From Neoconidiobolus thromboides FSU 785 (taxonomy: Eukaryota; Fungi; Entomophthoromycota): a DNA stretch of 50,109 nucleotides. Under the pieces are notes generated by a model. That model did not search any database and had not been told where the DNA came from. It saw only the letters and a program-made list of their open reading frames with translations. Shown here in pieces: positions 25,169 through 34,375 of the stretch. A program made the position numbers and the translations under genes. The number at the start of each line of letters is the position of its first letter. The first letter of the stretch is position 1. The stretch covers positions 1 to 50,109 of the forward strand of contig MU626401.1 in assembly GCA_025603075.1 (NCBI GenBank), read 5' to 3'.

Positions 25169-26565
25169 ATTACAAACTAGTTTACTTAATTTTTTATATA
25201 AAAAAACTTTACCTATTATAAAAATATATTAATATAAAATTAGTAAAACTTTTAGTAACGTGAAGGTATACAATATTAATCTAAATTCAATAAGAAATTT
25301 TATAAAATAGTATATAGCTAACATAACAAGAAAAGTCGATAAAATAGTAGACTGAAATAATGACCAAATTCTATCTATTTTTATGTTATTCAGTTTTATT
25401 ATAATAAAAACTTAACAATAGTAAGTTGTTGTAAATTTGTAAGTTTTTTTATAAAATTTTCTTCCTTTTAATGAAATTATTATTATGTTACCTAACTTCG
25501 TGCAGCTATACCAAATAACTTGTATTTATTATTATCCACTCTTAGCATCTTAAGTTTCATATGAAATCATATCAACAAATACACTAAAGCTGCAAAATAA
25601 AATAAAATAAAAAGCTTTAAAAATAATTTTATAAATAGCTGGAAGTGTTATAAATTTTAGAAAAATAGTCAAAAAATAAAAAATAATAATACAAGTAATT
25701 ATGAATTAGTTAAGTGTTATTGTTACAGTTTAAATTTATTTATATACATTGAAATTTTAGCTATTATTTTTAAAAATTTAGGTAAGTGTGAAATATCGCT
25801 TTGTCAGTCCCATGGCTAATTATAGCATAACAATCGCCTAAGCTGCTATGTTCTCGAATTCAGAGAAAATCAATCCCATGTTCTTATTCTGATTTGTTAA
25901 GAGAATTTCTATCTTCGTCTCAAAGAATATTATCCTCCCGTTTTGATATTTATACTTATCGGAGTATAAAAGAGATTTTAAAATATAACTCAAGGCTTTT
26001 TAACTGAATTATTCCCTGATATCTCGAACGTTTAATAAAGCCACTAAGTTTTCTTAATAGTATTTTACATAGATTTTACATTAGTGTTGTCTATTCTATT
26101 TGTCTTATATAGCTTGTAACCTATTACGTGCTATTCCTCATAATCCAAGTTTATCTTAGTCACATAAACTAAGACATTTCGACTTATAGTGTAGTTAACC
26201 CAGCAATATCTGTTCTTGACTCCAAACACTGAGTACCAGATTTCACAGTAAGCAAACCACTATAAAAACAAAAAGGTTTGGCTAATTACTGGCAAATTTT
26301 TTATAATTACCAACAATTAAGTAAATATTTAAGTTTTTATTTATTTATTAAAGTTAATGATTTATTTAAAATGAAAAGTTCAAAGTAAAAAGGATAAAAT
26401 CAGTATCTTATTTTAAAACTGTAAAAAAGATATTAATTTGAGCTGCATTTTGAATAATGTCTATATGATAAACTAAAAAAGTTCGCAATAATAACAGAAA
26501 AATAAAGAAAACTTGTCTTATTATTAAAAATAATAACTAATGTAATTAAATCTATATCAATTAAT

Positions 26566-26670
26566 ATATGGTGATGTTTTTTTAATTTCATTACTTTTCC
26601 ATTTTTTAAGCGCTATTTGAGTGGAAATATTGTTAGTAAAATTCTTAAACACAAAAAAACATCCCCATAT
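26566..26670 (+). mobile_element. MITE copy 9
   Basis: ATAT-GGTGATGTTTTT...TTAAGCGCTATTTGAGTGGAAAT...AAAAAAACATCCCC-ATAT. Confidence 0.9.
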
Positions 26671-26881
26671 AATAGTTTTATATTTTATATTTTATATTTT
26701 ATATTATTAAAAAACCAATATTTAAAATAGAATAAATACAAAAGATAACAAAATAAGATGTTTACCAAGAATATTAAAATTAAAAACTGTGAAAATATTA
26801 TTAACTGGTTTATTAGTATTCTTTTTCAATAACATTATTATTTATTTAAATATTCAGCCAAAGTAAATTGAACTTTAAAGT

Positions 26882-26979
26882 ATATAGGGATGTTTTTTTG
26901 GCTTCATTACTCTTTCCATCTTTTAAGTGCTACTTGAGTGAAAAATTGTTAGTAAAACTCTTAAAATACATCCCCGTAT
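26882..26979 (+). mobile_element. MITE copy 10
   Basis: ATAT-AGGGATGTTTTT...AAAATACATCCCC-GTAT, with a small internal deletion near the right end. Confidence 0.87.
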
Positions 26980-27122
26980 TTTAATTGTTGAGCTTACCTA
27001 TACTAATAACTATTAAAGAGAAAATTGATTGGCTAAAAGATCAGAAATTATATTTATAATTAAAAGCTAATAGTAATCATCTCAAAAAAAGTAATAAATA
27101 GTTTAATATTAAATAATTCATA

Positions 27123-27228
27123 ATATGAGGATGTATCTTTGTGTTTAAGAATTTTACTAACAAATTTTCCACACAAATAGCGCTTAAAAAACGGAAAAAC
27201 AATGAAACCAAAAAAAACAGCCCCATAT
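27123..27228 (-). mobile_element. MITE copy 11
   Basis: ATAT-GAGGATGTATCTTT...AAAAAAACAGCCCC-ATAT in reverse orientation. Confidence 0.9.
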
Positions 27229-27289
27229 AGATTTATGACTCGTTTAGGTACTGAAGTAATGGTATTGTAAAGCAGTATATAGCAATAAA

Positions 27290-27800
27290 AATTTATGAAG
27301 GATTTAATTCCTTGCTATTAAAAATATTAAAAGCGGATTGTTTTCAATACATTCGATTATATTTAAATAGTGGTATTTATACAAATCCTGATGTAACAAG
27401 TAAACAAAATATTGATTTATGGAAAGATAACAAATTAAATGTAGAAATAATTTTCAATATGAGACACTATCGACCTAATATTAACTATCAATTTCATAGC
27501 AATGAGCAATAATAGGTTCTAAAAGTTATCCTATTATATTATTAATGATCAATAAGACCAAGGATTTGTCTAGTGAAATGTTAAAGAAAGGTCAATGAGC
27601 TTATTGTGATATTATGAATTAGACTAGACTTGGAGTTTGGGCTGATATGGTGATAGAGTATTTAAATGTTCAAAATAAAAAGGAACTTAATATAATAACA
27701 TCAGATTTAATAAAAGGCGCCTATATTCCTCCAATTAATAGATTTAGGGCGGATTATGGAGGATCTTATGTAGAATATTTAAGAAAAGTATTATACTTAT
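27290..27800 (+). pseudogene. 5'-truncated GT32 pseudogene (psi1), closest to GT32-1
   Basis: Recognisable remnants IYEGFNSLLLKILKADCFQYIRLYLNSGIYTNPD and KG(Q)*AYCDIMN*TRLGVWAD. Trp codons have become TGA/TAG, there is an internal deletion, the first DXD Asp is now Asn, and no signal-anchor exon is visible. Confidence 0.85.
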
Positions 27801-28030
27801 TTTTACAAGAGAAAAATATAGTTGATATTAAAATGTATAATGACATTGATACTAATAGCATATTTCCCAGCAACAAAAATTATCAATTACTTTAGCTTAT
27901 CAAATTATAGTATTTATGCATTTATCTCTATTTGAATATCGAATTTAATAGCATTTTGAATAACTTCTACTCAATTTTATAAAGAGCTTAAAATTCAAAA
28001 ATATTATTTGCAATATGATTTCAAGAAAAC

Positions 28031-28135
28031 AAATGGGGATGTATTTTTTTATTTAAGAATTTTACCAACATCTTTCCACTCAAATAGCGCTTAAGAAATG
28101 GAAAAATAATGAAGCCAAAAAAAACATCCCCAAAT
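28031..28135 (-). mobile_element. MITE copy 12
   Basis: AAAT-GGGGATGTATTTTT...AAAAAAACATCCCC-AAAT. Perfect terminal octamers, AAAT direct repeat, 97 bp between TSDs. Confidence 0.92.
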
Positions 28136-28282
28136 TCTTTATTTTTTATTCAGTCATAAATTATTGACTGAATTTATTAAACATTCAGTAAATCATCATC
28201 CAACAGAAAACTACAAAAAACAGAAAAATAAAAATAAAAAATTTAAAAAAAATCTCATAATCCTCTTTCTTTCCTATAAACT

Positions 28283-28588
28283 ATGGAAAATTCAATTAAT
28301 ACTAAGTTGGATGGTTGTCGCTATTTTGAAATGATACAATATGAATGTTATAAAAGTAATGACCAAATTAAATGTAATCCATTTGCTAGATTATTTAAAA
28401 GGTAAATTTAATAATCTATTCTTTATTTTTATTATTTTATACAAACTAAATAAATCAAAATTAAAACGAGTTCAAAATTCATTGATATATCTTTATAATA
28501 TAGATGTCCTAATCAACCTACAAAAGAAATCGATGAAGCCACTGCTATTATGGAATTAAAAATATTAAAACATAAAGCGTTTACATAA
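28283..28588 (+). CDS. SOM1: Som1-like mitochondrial inner membrane peptidase subunit, 2 exons (28283-28401, 28504-28588)
   Basis: Spliced product MENSINTKLDGCRYFEMIQYECYKSNDQIKCNPFARLFKRCPNQPTKEIDE... The C...QYEC...I-x-C-x-PF-x-RLF-x-x-C pattern is the Som1 signature. The intron is GTAAAT...TAG. Missed by the ORF track. Confidence 0.82.
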
Positions 28589-29044
28589 AAATGGAAAGAT
28601 TATGAAAGAGTTAATGAATGAGAATTAAATTATTAATATCAATATTATTAACATAAAGTTTTAAATAGTTAATAGAAGCGGTTTATTAATTGTTTTATAT
28701 TGGTTTGTTTCTTTCTTTGATTTTGTTTTATCAATAAAGGTCAACTATTTTTAAAACTAATATATGAATTAGGTAATGTTATAATTAACATTGTTTAAAT
28801 GAAATGGTTTCAAAAGTAAATTTATAAAAAAAATTAAAAAACAAATAAAGAGTAAGATTCGATTTCTTTACTTAAAGCATAGTTAACAATAAATTATTAC
28901 TATTATCTTATATAATTAAATAATATTGACAATAATAATTCAAAAATAAAGGCAATCTATAAAAGGAAATGGCACCACCAATTAAAAACTAAAGTGAAAT
29001 TTTACAAAAAAAATTAGTTGAACTTTTAACAAAAAAAACGAATA

Positions 29045-29535
29045 ATGGAAGATTATCGGAATGAAGATATTGATCTGAGTGAAGCGAATTTTCTTGAATT
29101 ACAAAAAATAAGTGCTAAATATCGTAAAGATGTCAAATATTCAAGTAGTTATTATGGTATTTTATTTCTATTACTGTTTTTATTTTAACTTTTCTAATAA
29201 TATATTTTATTAAATTTAGATGATCATTATGAATATAGGTAGATAGAATTATAATTCAACTTATATTGATAAATTAAATTAGTTTTCCTCAAGGCATGTT
29301 ACTTTACCTAAAAATATAGCTAAATATTTACCAAAAGAAACATATTTAACTTCATCTACTTGGAAACATTTTGGTATTCAACAAAGTTTAAACTGGGAAC
29401 ATTATTTAATTTATGGTAAGATTATAGTATTATAATATACTTTATAATTAGAATCTACTTTTTGGTCATTTATTGAATTAAATTTAAATAGAACGTGAAC
29501 CTCATATTTTATTATTTCGTAGAGTATTGAAATGA
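29045..29535 (+). CDS. CKS1: Cyclin-dependent kinase regulatory subunit (Cks1/Suc1 family), 4 exons (29045-29156, 29220-29238, 29294-29415, 29492-29535)
   Basis: Spliced product ...VKYSSSYYDDHYEYRHVTLPKNIAKYLPKETYLTSSTWKHFGIQQSLNWEHYLIYEREPHILLFRRVLK carries the YEYRHV, QQSL-x-W-x-HY and EPHILLFRR signatures. All introns are GT-AG and restore the frame. Confidence 0.92.
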
Positions 29536-29729
29536 TAAACTATAGAGGATTAGGCTTCTTTATTATTATTATGATATTAGAGCTATTTTCTATGATCAAT
29601 TAATGTTTAAATTCTATTTTTAAATAAACCAATAAGACTGCGCCATTAAAACTAAATATTTATAAAATTATCATCATTAAACTATTTTGATTTTAATTTT
29701 AATTTTATATTTTGTATTTTATATTTATA

Positions 29730-30167
29730 ATGATGAAAAAGAGTAATTTATTAAGTTTAGCTAAAAAGAAAGGTAGTGGTACTGGAGGAATAAGCTTTAA
29801 AGGCTTAGGATTTAAAGAAGAAAAGCTGGATACGAATCCAATAAAAATCGAAATCAAACCAATAACTCAATCTCTCACTATTAAACCCATTTCAAAGTCA
29901 GAATCCATTCCCACAAATGTCACTAAAGAATCTTCAAAACTTTCGGATCAATCACTGTTAAACGATTCTAAGCTATCCTCCTTTTTTAATTTAGAGCAAG
30001 AAGAAAGCTCACCGATTGAGTCTTTAAATTTCAATCATTTTTATTTAATCCAAGAAGCTTTAGAAAATAGTTTATATAAAAATCAAATTACTTTATTCAA
30101 TTTCAATACTAATTCACCCGATGATACAGTACTTCTAGCTCAAGGTAAATCTTGGGATGATTTATAA
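29730..30167 (+). CDS. Small Ski7/HBS1L-short-isoform-like exosome adaptor without a GTPase domain (putative)
   Basis: 145 aa from ATG 29730. N-terminal SNLLSLAKKK and C-terminal LFNFNTNSPDDTVLLAQ resemble the FxFxxxSPDDxVxxxQ exosome-binding motif. Confidence 0.6.
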   Translation: MMKKSNLLSLAKKKGSGTGGISFKGLGFKEEKLDTNPIKIEIKPITQSLTIKPISKSESIPTNVTKESSKLSDQSLLNDSKLSSFFNLEQEESSPIESLNFNHFYLIQEALENSLYKNQITLFNFNTNSPDDTVLLAQGKSWDDL

Positions 30168-30272
30168 TCTATTATCTGATCCTTTATTCTTTCTTTTTTT
30201 CATATTAATAAAGAATAAAAATTAAAAAGATATCTTTTTTATTTAAAAATTTTATAATATTACTAAAAAATA

Positions 30273-30354
30273 CGACACCCACAGGATTCGAACCTGCGCT
30301 CCCAAAGGGAAAAGCCTTAGCAGGGCTCCGCGTTAACCACTCCGCCAAGGTGCC
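30273..30354 (-). tRNA. tRNA-Ser(GCT), copy 2
   Basis: Identical over 82 nt to 206-287, with unrelated flanks and a poly-T terminator downstream on the minus strand. Confidence 0.97.
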
Positions 30355-30662
30355 TCAAGCCATTTAGTTTATATTTTTATTTATATTAATTTAGCTTAAT
30401 GAAATCCCCACTATTCTTAAATTTAAACTAATAGCATTCTAATTTTATATTTGATTATTTAATTGTTTAATTATTTAATAACTTTTTTAAATCCCTTTAA
30501 AGGTAATACTTTTATTAGTTAATTGAAGCTATTAATTTAATTAGTTAACAAATAAGTATTTGACCAACTTCAAATCAAATTCAACTTAATTCCAATTATT
30601 TTTCAAATTCATCAAAAGTTTAAGTTTCCAATTTTTTAATTCATTTTTATCAACCATAAACT

Positions 30663-31895
30663 ATGGAAACTCAACAATCAAATGAGCAAACAATGGAAAA
30701 TAACTTGCAATTAACTAATGATTTAGACTCAAATAACAACTTCAATTATTTAACTTTAATGGAACGAGGGGAAGATAATTTACCAACAATCTTACATGCC
30801 TTGAGTTTATCTTCTTTATTATCAAATGATCCCATAGTTGATTCCACCTTAAGTCTACTTACAGTTGAACAATTGAGTAGTATGGAACGAGTGCTCACTC
30901 GAGTGAAGAGAAATAAAAAGAATTCAGAAAAAAAACAAGTATTTAGTATGTCGCCAAATGGACCTTATTCCCAAGAAGATATTGAAGAACGAGAAGAAGA
31001 TAATAAAAATATTAAAGAGATTAATCATTATTTACCAGTGGTTTATATGGATAATAATATCGAATATATGACCTTTGTATATTCTTCAAAAGGTTGTGAA
31101 CAATCTTATACAATTCGAATTGATATTGATTATCTTGAAACTCAACTGGATCAATTTCCAACCATATTTAAAGTAAATAATTGTTTATACCCAAGAGCTT
31201 TTTGTAATCGAGAAGAATACAATGGCAATCGATGGGAATATGAGACAATGTGTAATTCAGTTGGATGGAGATTAGCTCATTTAAATTTAGATTTATTAGA
31301 TGGTAAAAGAGGTTTATTACAAAGAGCGGTAGATTCATATAGAAATCGATTACCTGGATTACAAAGTAGAAGGGTAGCTAGGCAAGAAAAAATGTTAAAT
31401 GGTACATTAAGAAGGAGGACTACACCAGTTACTAATTCAATACAAAAGAGTAAAGAAGGTAATGGAAATAGTAGTAATACTGTAATTAATAAAGGTAATG
31501 AAGTGGAAGTAGATATTAATAAGATTGCATTAAGTCAAGCACAAAGTATCTTAAAAAGTTTACCAATACCAAACACATTACAAATTAGTTTATATTTTCA
31601 AAATACACCACATGAGTTTACAATTCAAATCGACCTTCACAAAGTGGATCTCAATGATATTTCACTTGATTTTAGGAAACAAAATGCAGTTTATCCAAGG
31701 TCTTTACCTGAAAATCAAGGGACTAAAAAAAGAAAAAAGCTACAGTTTGAAGTCCAATGCAATGAATGGGGTTGGAAATTAGCCTATTTAAATAAAAATT
31801 TATTTAACGGGAATATTTTGTTCTTACAAAGAGCCTTAGATTGCTATAGAGAATTATTTACATTATCTCCGCCAAGGCCGTATAGACTTAAGTAA
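30663..31895 (+). CDS. Conserved fungal protein of unknown function with two tandem copies of a YPR...CN-x-x-GW-x-LA-x-LN...LQRA(V/L)D domain
   Basis: 410-aa ORF with an internal repeat at about aa 134-243 and aa 305-400. Confidence 0.8.
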   Translation: METQQSNEQTMENNLQLTNDLDSNNNFNYLTLMERGEDNLPTILHALSLSSLLSNDPIVDSTLSLLTVEQLSSMERVLTRVKRNKKNSEKKQVFSMSPNGPYSQEDIEEREEDNKNIKEINHYLPVVYMDNNIEYMTFVYSSKGCEQSYTIRIDIDYLETQLDQFPTIFKVNNCLYPRAFCNREEYNGNRWEYETMCNSVGWRLAHLNLDLLDGKRGLLQRAVDSYRNRLPGLQSRRVARQEKMLNGTLRRRTTPVTNSIQKSKEGNGNSSNTVINKGNEVEVDINKIALSQAQSILKSLPIPNTLQISLYFQNTPHEFTIQIDLHKVDLNDISLDFRKQNAVYPRSLPENQGTKKRKKLQFEVQCNEWGWKLAYLNKNLFNGNILFLQRALDCYRELFTLSPPRPYRLK

Positions 31896-32803
31896 AGATA
31901 GAATAGTATAAAGATGATATGGTGTAAGATGACCTCCCCCCCCAATAATTTGCATTGCAAAGTTTGTTGATTGTATTATTTATAAAGTCATGCTTTTTAA
32001 AATAAGATAAGTTAATTTATTTTTTATTATATGTTTATACTTTTATTTTTTAATACATTAGTTAAATGGTATATTAACAAAGAATCAATAGTTAGTTTTC
32101 TATCTAATTAAATAATATTATAAATTAAACTTTTCTTTTTTTTATTTAATAATAACATTATTATTTATTGATCCTTTTTAAAATAATGCATGGGTTTAGA
32201 TAGTTGATTCTATATTTTAAAAAATATCACTAGTGAGTGTTAAAAAATAACTAATAGTTTACTTTCGATATTAGCAACTGAAAGGGAGATATCAATTTAT
32301 CAGTTAATAATAATTTTAGTGTAATTATAGAAACTACTATATTTATTTATTTAAATTTACGTTAATAAATTAATAAAATAAAATAAAATTAATATTTTAC
32401 AACTTAGTAAACGGTATGTATAAATACTAATGTTTGTAAAATAGAATTTTATTTAAAACTTTCTGTTTATATTTGTATTAAATCTTAATAATTCAATAAA
32501 TAAACCAATAATGTTACCCATGTAAAATATAATACTTACTTATAATATATACAATTCATAAATAAAGAAGATTATTCAATAATTTTATAGAAGATTCTTT
32601 GTTATTATACCAAGTCTTTATTTCAATTGTCTATTTATAAATTATTTTGATTATTAATATCTAATAACCAAGTTTTATTGACGCATTAATATTTATAAAT
32701 AAAATAGCCAAGAAAAAGCGATTAATTGAAAACAAGATTAGTATGATGATGATTTAATACTAAAAAAACTTAATATTCATCAATGCTTTAATAAGGCAAT
32801 AGC

Positions 32804-32847
32804 AATGTATGTATATATGTATTTATATATGTATGTATATATGTATA
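32804..32847. repeat. Imperfect (ATGT/AT)n microsatellite
   Basis: atgtatgtatatatgtatttatatatgtatgtatatatgtatat. Confidence 0.6.
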
Positions 32848-33084
32848 TCGTGTATTAATAAGATAAAAATAAAAATAAAAACAAACAAAAAGGATTAAAG
32901 TGCTAATACTTCTTTATTAAAAACTATAAGCAGAGGGAGAATTAGGTGATAAAATTAAGCAATCCAACTTAATTTTATAATTATGTATAAATTATGTAAA
33001 ATACGTTATCAAATACCTTTCAAATTAAACAAAAATTAAACGAAAGAGGGGAGTAGATAAAAGAGAATTAGTTTTGGTATTTGA

Positions 33085-33984
33085 TTAACATCTAAAGTAA
33101 AGATAAAACCATCTTTCAATGGAAGAATAAAGCTTACTAGCTTTACTCTTTTTCCAACTACCCCAAAATAAATGTTGGACTCTTCCTTCATAATAAAAGC
33201 TTTCATCACCTGAAGTAAAACCAACTCTTGGTAAGAAATAAATACCATCAATAAGTTTACCTTTTTCAATATCTAATTCATAAACATCTTCTAAATTAAG
33301 ATGTTCTAAGATAGCATCCGACCAAATACCAGGACCAGTCCAATCAAGGATATCGCAGTTATTCCAGCTTGTTTGATTTAACATCTTAGGTGTTATTTCT
33401 TTAATCTTATTAATTACTGACCATAAAATAGGATGTCCTTTACGACTAGCCATTGTCCATTGAATAAATTGAATATCTCTAGCGAAACCTTCATCTCTAC
33501 AGTAATAACCTACTTCAGGATCAAATTGTTCTATCGAAACAATCATATCAACGTTAGCAATACCATCGGTCCAATTATCGATAGATCTTAAGCAAAGGGT
33601 ATCAGTATCACTATAAACACCACCTTTTAAGTATAATATAATATATCGAAAATAATCCGCTTTTAAAACAGGTACAGGTAAAGATTGGAAAGCTTCATAG
33701 ATATCAGCAGGCATATATTCTTTAACTATGGCATCAATTTCAGCATCATTATAAATTTTATATTCATAAGTTGGGTTCTTTTCCGTCCACATCTTGATCA
33801 CTTTGGGATATACATGGTCAATGGATTTAGCTGTCATATGGATATAACTTGGTATAGTTTCATATTCGACGGTAGGATATTCTTGTTCATATACATGGCA
33901 AAGTCGATTGGAATTGGAGGCGTAGATTGAGATCAAGGTAATAGTTAGTACTAAAAATACGATTACCCTTTTAAAATATCTCAT
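33085..33984 (-). CDS. GT32 (OCH1-like) glycosyltransferase GT32-2, intronless
   Basis: 299 aa with an N-terminal signal anchor. Motifs: IPSYIHMT, KADYFRY, GGVYSDTDT, QFIQWT, GHPIL, WTGPGIWSDA, HLFWGSWK. Confidence 0.92.
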   Translation of the reverse strand: MRYFKRVIVFLVLTITLISIYASNSNRLCHVYEQEYPTVEYETIPSYIHMTAKSIDHVYPKVIKMWTEKNPTYEYKIYNDAEIDAIVKEYMPADIYEAFQSLPVPVLKADYFRYIILYLKGGVYSDTDTLCLRSIDNWTDGIANVDMIVSIEQFDPEVGYYCRDEGFARDIQFIQWTMASRKGHPILWSVINKIKEITPKMLNQTSWNNCDILDWTGPGIWSDAILEHLNLEDVYELDIEKGKLIDGIYFLPRVGFTSGDESFYYEGRVQHLFWGSWKKSKASKLYSSIERWFYLYFRC

Positions 33985-34216
33985 ATTGATATATTTTTAT
34001 ATATTAATGTTGAATTAAAAAGAAAATTAATAACTCAAAGTTCAATGAATTTTATTTATACCTTTTTTTAAAGCTAGACTAAATCTATTGTTTTGAAGCT
34101 TTTTTACTATTTTGACAATATTTTGATTTTATTGAGTTGTTTATTTGATAAGGTTGATAATTTATACTTGAATAAGATAAGATGTTTGAACTGTGGCAAC
34201 TTTAAGCATTGATATA

Positions 34217-34375
34217 AACCAATCAAAGTTCAACTTTAAGCCAATTTATCAACATTTAAGTTTAATCAACGAATCATTCTTCTTGATTAAAATCTTGGGG
34301 GGAATTGTAGTCCTTGAATCAACCAATAAAAAGTATCAATGCCTTTGTCCAACCCCCTTGAAAGCAACCAATCAC
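34217..34375. promoter_or_regulatory. Cluster of four CCAAT boxes upstream of GT32-2
   Basis: CCAAT at 34219, 34241, 34323 and 34369, all in the same orientation. Two are in the full AACCAATCA context. They lie 235-390 bp upstream of the ATG. Confidence 0.35.

Noticed and set aside
26600-26650. MITE interior as a tRNA-derived SINE (TATTTGAGTGG resembles an A box)
   Set aside because: There is no B box and no poly-A or simple-repeat tail, while TIRs and 4-bp TSDs indicate a DNA element.
28341-28559. 72-aa ORF
   Set aside because: Off-frame read-through of the SOM1 exons and intron.
206-30354. Identical tRNA-Ser(GCT) copies as evidence of a segmental duplication
   Set aside because: Identity stops at the tRNA boundaries, which is normal for dispersed multicopy tRNA genes.
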